A stretch of 56,627 nucleotides of DNA. Source: an uncultured Gammaproteobacteria bacterium. Lineage in GTDB: Bacteria; Patescibacteriota; Patescibacteriia; UBA1558; GWA2-36-10. The position numbers and the translations under genes are program-made. Shown here one piece after another: positions 27,752 through 38,100 of this stretch. The stretch spans positions 1 through 56,627 of the forward strand of contig CAYMZA010000002.1 of the NCBI GenBank assembly GCA_964394835.1, in the 5' to 3' direction. The notes below the pieces were generated by a model. It did no database searches. It had not been told where the DNA came from and saw nothing but the letters and a program-made list of their open reading frames with translations. Each line of letters opens with the position of its first letter. Position 1 is the stretch's first letter.

Positions 27752-28453
27752 TTAATTATTAGTTTTAACAACTGAAGACTTAGCTTTAGAAATAGTTTTA
27801 GAAATTAAACCTGTAATTATTTTAATAGACTTAATAGCATCATCATTAGCAGGTATACTATAATCTACTAACTCAGGATTAACATTAGTATCTGTCATAG
27901 CTACAACAGGAATCTTCATTTTCTTAGCTTCACTAACGGCTGTACTTTCTTTTTTAATATCTACTACAAATACTGCTTGGGGTAATTTCTTCATCTTTCT
28001 AATACCACCTACTGTATCTTGTAGTTTATTAAGTTCTTTTCTAAAGGTAACTTGTTCTTTTTTAGTATATAACTCCCAACCACCTTCTTGCTCTTCTTTA
28101 TCTAACTTTTCTAATTTCTTAGTTAATTTAACAATATTATTAAAATTAGTAAAAGTTCCACCTAACCAACGACCAATAATATATGGCATGCCACATTCAT
28201 CTGCAGCATCTTTAACTATTGATTTAGCTTGTTTTTTAGAACCTATAAACAAAATATTGCCACCTGATTTGGCAATTTTCTCTACAAAAGGCAAAGTCTT
28301 TTCTAAACCTTGAACTGTTTTTTGTAAGTCAATTATATGTACACCACTTCTTTGTGAATGTATATATTTCTCTGCTTTAGGATATCTCTTTGATGTTTTA
28401 TGACCAAAATGTACCCCATTTTTTAATAATTCCTCTAAACTTGGAATATTCAT
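27752..28453 (-). CDS. rpsB: 30S ribosomal protein S2
   Basis: LLKNGVHFGH.., PYIIGRWLGGTFTNF motifs. Confidence 0.95.
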   Translation of the reverse strand: MNIPSLEELLKNGVHFGHKTSKRYPKAEKYIHSQRSGVHIIDLQKTVQGLEKTLPFVEKIAKSGGNILFIGSKKQAKSIVKDAADECGMPYIIGRWLGGTFTNFNNIVKLTKKLEKLDKEEQEGGWELYTKKEQVTFRKELNKLQDTVGGIRKMKKLPQAVFVVDIKKESTAVSEAKKMKIPVVAMTDTNVNPELVDYSIPANDDAIKSIKIITGLISKTISKAKSSVVKTNN

Positions 28454-28662
28454 AACTCTTTTTCCTTTCTAACCCGTATTTTACATATTGTCTTAAAGCT
28501 ATATATAGCCAGGAAAAGACATATGATTAGTAAAATACTTGATTTCTTACTTAATTAAAAACAAGAATACTCTAACATAATATTTAATTTTAATCAAGTA
28601 GTATATATTACTATTGACTAATTATACTTTTTTTGCTATTGTTTCAGAGTAAAAAAATAATT

Positions 28663-28998
28663 ATGAAGAAAAAAATACATCCAAACTATCATCCAGAAGC
28701 TACAGTAAAATGTGCTTGTGGTAATACATTTACAGTAGGATCTACTGTTGAGAAAATAGACACTGAAATATGTTCAGCTTGTCATCCTTTTTATACTGGA
28801 AAAGAGAAGCTAATTGATACAGCAGGTCGTGTAGATAGGTTTAAAAAGATTAAAGAATTAAAAGAAAAAACTAGCAAAACTAGGAAGGGTAAAGCAGTTA
28901 AGAAAAAGAAAGCAGCTCAAAGAAAGATAGATAAAGAAAAAGAGAAAATAAAGAAAGAAATCAAAGAAGCTGATGCAAAAGCAAACACTAAAAAATAA
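28663..28998 (+). CDS. rpmE: 50S ribosomal protein L31 (Zn-ribbon type) with lysine-rich C-terminal extension
   Basis: [11 protein letters not shown]..., CxC and [10 protein letters not shown] motifs. I prefer the ATG at 28663 to the upstream TTG at 28633. The tail from about aa 68 is K/E-rich. Confidence 0.9.
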   Translation: MKKKIHPNYHPEATVKCACGNTFTVGSTVEKIDTEICSACHPFYTGKEKLIDTAGRVDRFKKIKELKEKTSKTRKGKAVKKKKAAQRKIDKEKEKIKKEIKEADAKANTKK

Positions 28999-29012
28999 CT
29001 AAGCTAACTTAA

Positions 29013-29041
29013 AAACTCTTTTTAATACAAAGAGTTTTTTT
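29013..29041 (+). terminator. Intrinsic terminator after rpmE
   Basis: AAACTCTTT-N7-AAAGAGTTT followed by TTTT. Confidence 0.65.
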
Positions 29042-29053
29042 ATACACAAATAT

Positions 29054-30112
29054 ATGATAAAAGAAAAAGAAAAATTAAAAGAAAAAATACAAAATCTGGA
29101 AAAAGAAATGCAAAAACCAGATGTTGTTTCTAATAGTAAAAAAATGGGTAAAATTAGTAAGGAATACAATATTGCTAAAGATACCTTAAAATTAGTAGAT
29201 AATATACTAAAAAATACAGAAGAAGCAGATAAATTAAAAGCTTCACTACAACAAGAACAAGATCAAGAGATGATTATCTTAACTAATGAAGAAATACAAG
29301 TACTAGAAGATAGGATAGAAGAAGATAAGGAAAAGTTAGAAGAAATACTTCATCCTCAAGACCCTAATGATAGTAAAAATATAATCCTAGAAATACGAGC
29401 TGGTACAGGTGGAGAAGAGTCTGCATTATTTGCATCTAACCTATTTAGAATGTATTCAAGATTTTCTGAAGAAATGAACTTTAAAATAAATATATTATCT
29501 AGTAATAAAACAGAGATAGGTGGATTTAAAGAAATAATTGCTGAAGTAACAGGAGAAAATGTATATAAGTATTTTAAGTTTGAAAGTGGTGTACATAGAG
29601 TACAAAGAGTGCCAGAAACAGAAAAATCAGGAAGAGTACACACTTCAGCAGCTAGTGTAGCTGTAATGCCTGAAGCAAAAGAAATAGATTTAGAAATAAA
29701 TAATAATGATTTAAAGGTAGATACATTCTGTTCTTCTGGTTGTGGAGGACAATCAGTTAATACTACTTACTCTGCTGTTAGAATAACTCATTTACCAACT
29801 AATACTGTTGTTTCTTGCCAAGATGAAAAATCACAAGGTCAGAATAAATTAAAAGCTATGCAAATACTTAGATCTAGAGTATTAGCTAAGATGGAAGAAG
29901 AAAAGCATAAAGAATTAGCAGAAAAAAGAAAAACACAAATAGGTACAGGAGATAGAAGTGAAAAAATCAGAACATACAATTATCCTCAAGACAGAATAAC
30001 TGATCATAGAATAAAATTAAGCTTACATGGATTACCCAAGATAATGGATGGTGAATTATTGCCATTAATTACAGAATTAGAAAAAGAATTAAAAAAACAA
30101 AGTAAAGAGTAA
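29054..30112 (+). CDS. prfA: Peptide chain release factor 1
   Basis: RF1-type tripeptide PET in VQRVPETE and a GGQ motif (GCGGQSVN). Confidence 0.9.
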   Translation: MIKEKEKLKEKIQNLEKEMQKPDVVSNSKKMGKISKEYNIAKDTLKLVDNILKNTEEADKLKASLQQEQDQEMIILTNEEIQVLEDRIEEDKEKLEEILHPQDPNDSKNIILEIRAGTGGEESALFASNLFRMYSRFSEEMNFKINILSSNKTEIGGFKEIIAEVTGENVYKYFKFESGVHRVQRVPETEKSGRVHTSAASVAVMPEAKEIDLEINNNDLKVDTFCSSGCGGQSVNTTYSAVRITHLPTNTVVSCQDEKSQGQNKLKAMQILRSRVLAKMEEEKHKELAEKRKTQIGTGDRSEKIRTYNYPQDRITDHRIKLSLHGLPKIMDGELLPLITELEKELKKQSKE

Positions 30113-30939
30113 TGACTATACAAGAAATTTTAACTAAAACATATTCTAAAAAACTTAACATAGATAATACGGAAGTAGATAAGCTACTTGCTTTAGCATT
30201 ACATAAGAAAATAGAATATATATATAAAAATCCAGAAAAAGAAATAAATAGATCTAGTATTCAAACATTTAATAAATATATAAGGAAAAGATTAGAAAAT
30301 TACTCTTTTGCACATATTGCTAAAGAAAAAGAATTCTACAATTTAAAGTTTTTAGTTAATTCAAATACATTAATACCTAGAGCAGATAGTGAATTACTAG
30401 TTGATATTACCTTAAATTACCTTAAAGAAAATAATCTTAAAAATCCTAATATAATAGACATAGGTACAGGTACAGGTTGTTTAATACTATCCATAGCCAA
30501 TAACCACCCTAAAGCTAATTACTATGCGACAGATATATCAAACAAAGCATTAAAAGTAGCTAAGACAAATGCTAGAAAACTAAAACTTAAAGATACTATT
30601 ACTTTTAAACAATCTAATCTATTAAATAATATTAAAAACACTACATTTGATATTATAGTCTCTAATCTCCCCTATCTGACCAAGGGACAAATGAAAGAAT
30701 ATAGTATTCAAAAAGAACCTAAAACAGCACTTTTAGGAAATAAAGATGGATTAGAATACTATACTAAACTACTTAAACAAATAAATAACTACACAAAAGA
30801 AAAACACTTAATACTTTTAGAAATAGACCCTCAACAAAAAGATAAAATAAAAGAAATTATACAAAAATACTTACCTAAAGGTAAAATACAATTTCATAAA
30901 GACCTACAAGGCAATACACGAGTAGTAGAGATAAAATAA
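30112..30939 (+). CDS. prmC: Release factor glutamine N5-methyltransferase PrmC/HemK
   Basis: DIGTGTGCL SAM motif and an NLPY variant of the NPPY motif; overlaps the prfA stop (TAATG). Confidence 0.85.
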   Translation: MTIQEILTKTYSKKLNIDNTEVDKLLALALHKKIEYIYKNPEKEINRSSIQTFNKYIRKRLENYSFAHIAKEKEFYNLKFLVNSNTLIPRADSELLVDITLNYLKENNLKNPNIIDIGTGTGCLILSIANNHPKANYYATDISNKALKVAKTNARKLKLKDTITFKQSNLLNNIKNTTFDIIVSNLPYLTKGQMKEYSIQKEPKTALLGNKDGLEYYTKLLKQINNYTKEKHLILLEIDPQQKDKIKEIIQKYLPKGKIQFHKDLQGNTRVVEIK

Positions 30940-30940
30940 A

Positions 30941-30965
30941 AAAGAGTCAGTAATGATTCTTTTTT
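30941..30965. terminator. Bidirectional-looking terminator between prmC and the convergent gene
   Basis: AAAGAGTC-AGTAAT-GATTCTTT (one G.U) followed by a T-run. Confidence 0.5.
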
Positions 30966-30968
30966 AAG

Positions 30969-31976
30969 TTATTCAATTATTAATTTTTCAGAGCTGTCTA
31001 TAATCTCAATCCAAGTTTTACCAGGAATTAAATTAATTTCCTCACCTTGTTTAGTATAATATCTTGTAATATTATCTACTACCTTCCATTCACCTTCTTG
31101 TTTTCCTAAAGAATTAAATACATACACTTCACCACCTTGTTTAGTTTTCATTCCCCTTCTTTCTTCATCGATATAGTAAGAATCAACTATCTGTACTATT
31201 ATATTATCAGCTACGGTTTGATCACCTGTATTGTAGATAAACTTATCTCCCCCTTGATATCTTTGATATACATCTAATGTATTATTATACTTCCACTCAA
31301 CTAAGTAATATTTATTAGAAAAGTTAATTTTAATATTTTCAACAATATCTTCTTTTACTTCTTTTTCAACAAAGTTTAAAGTACTAGTCGTAATATTCCC
31401 CACCTCTTTTAACTCACCTGCTCTTAAATAATTAGCTGAAGATGTAAATACATTATGAGGTGGATACAATTTATTATCTCTCCAAAAATATATTTCTCCA
31501 GCACCTATTTGATTAACATCTTTAAAATTATAAGTATGTATATCACACAAAGCTTGAGGACTACCACCTACATGCATATACAACCCATTATATTCTTCTG
31601 CCCAATCCATAAAATATCCACGAGCAGACCTTACGGGACCTATTTTACTAACTTCAGTATTACTATTGAATACAGCTAATAGTCTAGTTATATTAGCTTC
31701 CACCAAAGCTTCATAGATAATATCTGCTTTATTTAACCCAACTTGAGGCCAAATATCATAACTATTATCTATTGCTACAACAACAGGGAAAAAATCTATA
31801 CTCTCTACTATACTGCCATTTAATGGATGTCTTAAAACATCTTCATGTTTTATCTCTTCTTTAATTATTTCATTATTTTCACTATTATCTTTAGAAGTAG
31901 AATATATAGAAAGTAAAATAACTGCTATACAAATAGCAGCTATAATTACATATATTTTCATTCTAGATAAGAACAT
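30969..31976 (-). CDS. DUF3048-like secreted/membrane-anchored protein (YerB-like)
   Basis: N-terminal TM/signal anchor; PVRSARGYF and YFWRD-type segments recalled from DUF3048 proteins. Confidence 0.55.
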   Translation of the reverse strand: MFLSRMKIYVIIAAICIAVILLSIYSTSKDNSENNEIIKEEIKHEDVLRHPLNGSIVESIDFFPVVVAIDNSYDIWPQVGLNKADIIYEALVEANITRLLAVFNSNTEVSKIGPVRSARGYFMDWAEEYNGLYMHVGGSPQALCDIHTYNFKDVNQIGAGEIYFWRDNKLYPPHNVFTSSANYLRAGELKEVGNITTSTLNFVEKEVKEDIVENIKINFSNKYYLVEWKYNNTLDVYQRYQGGDKFIYNTGDQTVADNIIVQIVDSYYIDEERRGMKTKQGGEVYVFNSLGKQEGEWKVVDNITRYYTKQGEEINLIPGKTWIEIIDSSEKLIIE

Positions 31977-32680
31977 TACTTGTCTTCTTTATTTTCTTCA
32001 CCCTCTTTTACTTCTTCTCCTTCTTTCTTTTCTTCACCTTCTTTTACTTCTTCTCCTTCTTTCTTTTCTTCACCTTCTTCACCCTCAACAACTTCTTCTT
32101 CTGGTTCTTCTTCAATAATTTCTAATTTTCTAGGTATAACAACACCAGCTACAGGATCATTAGGATTATTTAACACTTTAACATTTTCATAAACATCTAA
32201 TTGACTAATTAAAATCATTTGACCTATATCTTCTAATTTAGATATATCAACATTAATTTGAGAAGGTAAATTACCAGGCAAACATTTAATATTAACTTCA
32301 TTATTTTTAATATCCAACTTAGCACCTAACTCTTTAATAGCTTTAGAGGCACCCACAAACTCTAAAGGAACAACAGTTGTTATTTCTCTATCTTCTGTTA
32401 TAGCCAAAAAATCAATATGAATTAATTTATCAGTAACAGGATGTTGTTGATAATCTCTAACTATAGCTTTTACTTCTTTCCCATCTAAATCTAAAGATAT
32501 AATATTACTTTTACCTGCTTGTTTTAACACATTAAGCAAAGCATTGTAATCTATATCAATAGCTTGACCTTCTTTTTTGTAACCATAGATAATACCAGGA
32601 ACCCTATCTTCTATCCTAGCTTTAGTTAACATACTATGTTTACCAATTTCTCGTTTTTCTACTTTTAGTGTAAATTTCAT
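31976..32680 (-). CDS. rplY: 50S ribosomal protein L25 / general stress protein Ctc with acidic repeat tail
   Basis: L25/Ctc N- and middle domains (RVPGIIYG, QQHPVTDKLIHIDF); C-terminal E/G/K repeats. Confidence 0.85.
   Translation of the reverse strand: MKFTLKVEKREIGKHSMLTKARIEDRVPGIIYGYKKEGQAIDIDYNALLNVLKQAGKSNIISLDLDGKEVKAIVRDYQQHPVTDKLIHIDFLAITEDREITTVVPLEFVGASKAIKELGAKLDIKNNEVNIKCLPGNLPSQINVDISKLEDIGQMILISQLDVYENVKVLNNPNDPVAGVVIPRKLEIIEEEPEEEVVEGEEGEEKKEGEEVKEGEEKKEGEEVKEGEENKEDK
31996..32085. repeat. 36-bp tandem repeat, about 2.5 copies, inside the rplY 3' end
   Basis: 31996-32031 and 32032-32067 differ at one base; a partial third copy follows. Encodes EGEEKKEGEEVK units. Confidence 0.9.
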
Positions 32681-32743
32681 AAAATATTACTTAAATAACT
32701 GCTTTATTTAATCACAAATACAAGCTAAAGTCAAGAGAATACT

Positions 32744-33838
32744 CTAAGTATTCCTAATATGAATACTTTGAACTATACCTAACACTATCATAACAGACCA
32801 TAATGAACTACCACCCGCAGAAACTAATGGCAATGGAATACCTGTAATTGGTGATATACCCATATTCATACCTATATTTACATATAGTTGTACTAAAAAC
32901 ATAGCTATTGTTCCTAGTATAATGTAAGAAGCAAAATCATCTTTACTCTTGTTCATAGTTAAAAACATACGATAGAATACGAATAAAAATAATAAAAGTA
33001 AAAGAATAACTCCGATAAATCCAAGCTCTTCCGCTATAACAGCAAAAATAAAGTCAGTACCTGGTTCTGGTAAAAACCTTAAACTACTTTGAGAACCTAA
33101 TGATAATCCTCTACCAAGGAACTGACCAGAACCTACAGCAGTGGTAGATTGTATTACATTATACCCTCTAAACGTAGGATCTAAACCAGGATTAATAAAT
33201 GTTGTAATCCTAGCTTTTTGATAATCAGACAAAACAAAAGACCAGAGTATAAAAGAAAGGAAGACAAAGGTAGACAATAGTATTAGTAAATGTTTTTTTT
33301 GAATACCAGTAAATAGTAAAATGATAGCCCAAATACCAAGAAGAACTAAAGCAGATCCTAAGTCAGATTGTAAAATAACCAAAACAACAAAAATAGCAGT
33401 AAAAAATCCTGAAATAAGAATATGTTTAAATAGAAAAAACTCAGAAGCATTTTTAGAAAAATACCTAGCTAAAAATATAATTAAACCTATTTTAATAAAC
33501 TCTACTGGTTGAATACTAAAAAAACCAAAACTTAACCAACCTGTAGTACCTTTAATTTCAGTACCAAATAATAGTACAATTAAAAGAATTAGAAAAGAAA
33601 AAATATAAATTATTTTAGCGTAAGTTGACCAAAGAGAATAATTAATACTAGAGAAAAGAAAAAATAGAATTAACCCAGAAAAAACAAAAATTACTTGCTT
33701 ATTAGAAACAAGGAAATCACCATTCTGTATATTTAAGTTTAAACTATATAAAATTGATAAAGAAAAAGATACAATAAGCAATACTGCAAATAGTAATAGC
33801 CAATCAATCTTACGCCATTTAGCTAAATAATCTATCAT
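32744..33838 (-). CDS. SEDS family peptidoglycan glycosyltransferase (FtsW/RodA)
   Basis: About 10 TM helices; QPVEFIKI, LPEPGTDFIFAVIAEELG and PLPLVSAGGSS motifs. Confidence 0.85.
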   Translation of the reverse strand: MIDYLAKWRKIDWLLLFAVLLIVSFSLSILYSLNLNIQNGDFLVSNKQVIFVFSGLILFFLFSSINYSLWSTYAKIIYIFSFLILLIVLLFGTEIKGTTGWLSFGFFSIQPVEFIKIGLIIFLARYFSKNASEFFLFKHILISGFFTAIFVVLVILQSDLGSALVLLGIWAIILLFTGIQKKHLLILLSTFVFLSFILWSFVLSDYQKARITTFINPGLDPTFRGYNVIQSTTAVGSGQFLGRGLSLGSQSSLRFLPEPGTDFIFAVIAEELGFIGVILLLLLFLFVFYRMFLTMNKSKDDFASYIILGTIAMFLVQLYVNIGMNMGISPITGIPLPLVSAGGSSLWSVMIVLGIVQSIHIRNT

Positions 33839-34725
33839 AATATAACTCTACTACCACTACCAGGTTTAATTTCTAAATCTTTGTAATTATCATAATCTAA
33901 CCAGTTTAATATAGGAAAAACTTCTGTTTTAGATATTCTTGGTAAATCTTCAAGCCAAGGAATTTTAAAATCTCTTTGCTCTAAAGAAATAAAATTACTA
34001 GCATTTATTTCCTGAACACCTACTACTTTACCACCACTAAATAAAACAACTTGAAACCCAACATCCCAAAAATGATGTAATGATAAATTTTCTGCAGCCC
34101 AATTAACATGAGCTGGTATTTCTTCTGTTTTTTTATCTACTGTTTTACGAGTAACAGGATAAAATTTGAGATTACTAATACCCCAGTTTATTACAGGCAC
34201 ATTATTATCAAATCTTCTCCACTTAATATTATCTAACTGCACTTCTAAATCTTTAATTGCTTCTTTTGATTTATAACCCAACTTAAGAAGCATTCTTTTT
34301 TCTCCAGGATTTAAAAAACCTTTTTCAGATTCTATGGCTTGTCCGTTTATTATAAAAGTATAATCGAACTCTGTGATTGACCAATCATTGTTTTGATTTT
34401 CTATAAAAGCAATTAAATTATACTTTTTATTACCAAGAGGTAAAACAGAAGTATTAGATGCTTCTAAAAGTATTGGCTGTCTTTGATTATGATAAGTATT
34501 CCAATCCTCTTTATTACTCAAACTTAAAGCTAAAGCTTGATAATCAGAACTTTTAACAATACCAACAACACCCCAAACTATGGTTGAATAAAAAATAACT
34601 AAAGAAAGTATAGAAACAATCAACGCCACCTTCCTATAAAAAGCCTTGTGAGTTAAAAAGAAATAACCTCTTTCTAATTGTTTTTGTGTTAATGGTGTAT
34701 AATCATTCATATTACTATTATACAA
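33835..34725 (-). CDS. Hypothetical bitopic membrane protein, translationally coupled to the SEDS gene
   Basis: 296 aa, one TM near aa 33-57, 4-nt overlap with the downstream SEDS gene; no family recognised. Confidence 0.5.
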   Translation of the reverse strand: MYNSNMNDYTPLTQKQLERGYFFLTHKAFYRKVALIVSILSLVIFYSTIVWGVVGIVKSSDYQALALSLSNKEDWNTYHNQRQPILLEASNTSVLPLGNKKYNLIAFIENQNNDWSITEFDYTFIINGQAIESEKGFLNPGEKRMLLKLGYKSKEAIKDLEVQLDNIKWRRFDNNVPVINWGISNLKFYPVTRKTVDKKTEEIPAHVNWAAENLSLHHFWDVGFQVVLFSGGKVVGVQEINASNFISLEQRDFKIPWLEDLPRISKTEVFPILNWLDYDNYKDLEIKPGSGSRVIL

Positions 34726-34811
34726 TAATTATGATAATAAATCTACTATTTGGCATAATTAACTTAATTATGATATAATTAACAAGAATTAAAAAGTAAA
34801 ATAAAAATAAA

Positions 34812-35108
34812 ATGTTAGAAACTTCAAAGGATGTTTTAAACTTACTAATCGGTTTTTCAATACTTTGGATAGCTCTATGGCTTTCTTGGATACTTTACCA
34901 TGTTGGAAAAACATTAAAAGGTGTTAATCAAACAATATCAGGAGTACAAAAAATAGTAGACTCAGTACAAGAAGGTATTAATACAATGAGAAAGAAAACT
35001 AATTCTGCTGCAGCTTACTTCACTGTATTATTAAAAAGTAGCCAACAATTTCTAAAGTTGATTCAAAAAAAGAAAACTCCTAGAAAAAAAACAAAAAAAC
35101 AAAAATAA
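34812..35108 (+). CDS. Small membrane protein with coiled-coil and lysine-rich tail (DUF948-like?)
   Basis: 98 aa, one N-terminal TM, basic C-terminus KKKTPRKKTKKQK. Confidence 0.4.
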   Translation: MLETSKDVLNLLIGFSILWIALWLSWILYHVGKTLKGVNQTISGVQKIVDSVQEGINTMRKKTNSAAAYFTVLLKSSQQFLKLIQKKKTPRKKTKKQK

Positions 35109-35186
35109 AAAAGTCTAGTTACTAGACTATATCCCGATACTTAAAAACAAGTTAAATATGTTATCGGGTTTTATTATTCAAAAACT

Positions 35187-38100
35187 ATGCATATACACCT
35201 ACATAATCACTCTCACTATAGTCTTCTAGACGGTTTAAGTACTGTTGATCAATTAGTGAATAAAGCTAAAGAGCATGGAGCTAATGCCGTAGCTTTAACT
35301 GATCATGGTGTTATGTATGGAGCTATTGAATTCTACAAAAAATGTAAAAAAGAAAACATAAACCCAATTATAGGTTTAGAGGCATATATCACTCCAGGGT
35401 CTTTACATGATAAAAAAAATAGAATTAAACCATATCATTTAATACTTTTAGCTAAAAATAATGAAGGATATAGAAATCTATTGAAACTAACTAGTATAGC
35501 TCATCTAGAAGGATACTACTATAAACCTAGAATAGACTGGGAAACTTTAAAAAAATACAGTAAAGGAATAATAGTAACTACAGCTTGCCTTAATGGTCCA
35601 ATATCTAGACATTTAAATGAAGGAAATGATAAAAAAGTTGAAGAAAACTTAAACATACTTTTAGATACATTTACTAAAGATAATATATATTTAGAACTAC
35701 AGCCAAGGAATATGCCAGAGCAAGAACCTGTTAATAAAAAAATGATTGCTCTAGCAAAAAAGTTTGACTTACCATTAATAGCTACTAATGATGTTCATTA
35801 CACAAATAGTGAAGATGATGAAGCTCATGATATTTTAATTTGTATTCAAACAAAACAAAAAAAAGCAGATACAGATAGAATGAGCTATTTAGGGGAAGAC
35901 TATTCTTTCTACAGTCCAGAAAAGATGGAAGAACTATTTAAAGATACACCTGAAGCTATAACCAACACTCAGAAGTTAGCAGATCGGTGTAATGTAGAAA
36001 TAGAATTAGGAAATATACAATTACCAGAATATAAATTAGAAGAAGGAACAGCAGATGAAGAATTAAGAAGGTTGAGTCTAATTGGTATAAAAAAAAGATA
36101 TAACCATGATGAAGATAGTATTCCACAAGAAATGAAAGAAAGACTAGACTATGAATTAAGTGTAATTAAAGAAACTGGTTATGCTACTTACTTTTTAATT
36201 GTTCAGGACTTTGTTCAATGGGCTAAAGAACAAAATATAGTTGTTGGACCTGGTAGAGGATCAGCAGCAGGAAGTTTAGTATCATATGCTATAGGAGTAA
36301 CTAATATAGATCCATTAAAATATGGGTTAATCTTTGAAAGATTCTTAAACCCAGAAAGAATATCAATGCCTGATATTGATTTAGACTTTGCAGATATAAG
36401 AAGAGATGAAGTACTGAAATATGTAGAAGAAAAATATGGTAAGGATCATGTCTCACAGATTATAACATTCGGTACAATGGCCGCTAGAGCTGCCCTAAGA
36501 GATGTTGGCAGAGTTTTAGGATATAGCTATTCTTTCTGTGACCAAGTAGCTAAACTAATACCAATGTTTACTACTCTAGACAAAGCATTAGAAACAGTAG
36601 AAGAATTAAAAAAAATATACGAAGAAGATGGAGAAGCTCAAAGACTAATAGATATGGCTAGAAAACTAGAAGGATTAATAAGGCATAGTTCTACTCATGC
36701 TTGTGCTGTTTTAATTACAAAAAGTCCTTTAAGTGATAATACTCCCCTACAATATGCTAGTTCTGATGATAAAACAATTATATCTCAATACTCAATGAAT
36801 CCCGTAGAAGATCTAGGACTATTAAAAATGGATTTCTTAGGTTTAAAAAACTTAACTATACTAGAACAATCAATTAAAATTATAAAAGCAACTAAAGGTG
36901 TAGATGTAGATATAGACAAAATACCTGTAGACGATAAAAAAACATTCAAACTATTAGCAAAAGGACAAACAACAGGAGTATTTCAATTAGAATCAGGGGG
37001 TATGAAAAGATATTTAAAACAATTAAAACCTTCTGAAATTGAAGATATAATAGCTATGGTAGCATTGTATCGTCCAGGACCAATAGAATTCATACCAGAT
37101 TTTGTAAAAAGAAAGTTTGGAAAAAAGAAAATAGAATATATACATCCTAAACTAGAACCAATACTAAAGAATACATACGGTATAGCTATATATCAAGAAC
37201 AAATAATGAGAATAGCTAGAGAATTGGCTGGTTTTAGCTATGGACAAGCTGATATTTTACGTAAGGCTGTAGGAAAGAAGATAAAAAAATTACTTGATGA
37301 GCAAGAAGAAAAAATAATTCAAGGAATGATAGACAATGGAATAGAAAGAAAAATAGCTACTAAGATCTGGGAATTCATAGTACCTTTTGCAAGTTATGGT
37401 TTTAATCGTTCTCACGCTGCTTCCTATGCAATGATAGCCTATCAAACAGCATATTTAAAAAGTAATTACCCAGCTGCATTTATGGCTGCTCTTTTAACTT
37501 CTAGCCAGAATAATATAGATAGAGTAACTATAGAAATAAATGAATGCCATAATGTGGGTATTAAGGTATTACCACCAGATATTAATGAGAGTTTTGCTAA
37601 TTTTTCAGTAGTAGAAAAAAAGGGAGAAAAAACAAGAATAAGGTTTGGTCTTAATGCAATAAAAAATGTAGGATATAATATTGTAGATGTAATAGTAAAA
37701 GAAAGAAAAGAAAATGGAGCATATAATTCACTAGAAGATTTTTTAAACAGAATTAAAGATAAAGATTTAAATAAAAAAAGTTTAGAAAGTTTAATAAAAG
37801 GTGGCGCTTTAGATTCACTAATAACAAGAGGAAAGGCTTTAGGTAATTTAACTACATTATTAGACTTTAACAAGAAAATACAAAATGAACATAAAACTGG
37901 TCAAAGTAATCTTTTTACTGGCCTACCATTAGATAATCTTAGCTTTTCTTTAAAGCTAGATGAGTTTGAAGATATTTCTTCTAAACAAAAACTTTCTTGG
38001 GAAAAAGAATTATTAGGACTTTACTTAAGTGATCATCCATTTAAAGAATATTTACCTCTTTTTAAGAAAAGTATTACAACTATTAATAATTTAAAAACTA

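Noticed and set aside
28497-28510. Fourth copy of the palindromic element in the rpsB leader (AGCTATATATAGCc)
   Set aside because: It shares only the AGCT-N6-AGC framework and is imperfect. I treat it as a possible distant relative, not a true copy.
28633-28662. Upstream TTG start for rpmE ([10 protein letters not shown] extension)
   Set aside because: L31 orthologs begin MKK.IHP. The ATG at 28663 gives exactly that N-terminus, and the extension overlaps the likely promoter and leader.
31996-32085. CRISPR-like or minisatellite array
   Set aside because: The repeats are contiguous with no spacers, are in frame, and lie inside rplY. This is a coding tandem repeat. No CRISPR array or cas genes occur anywhere in the window.
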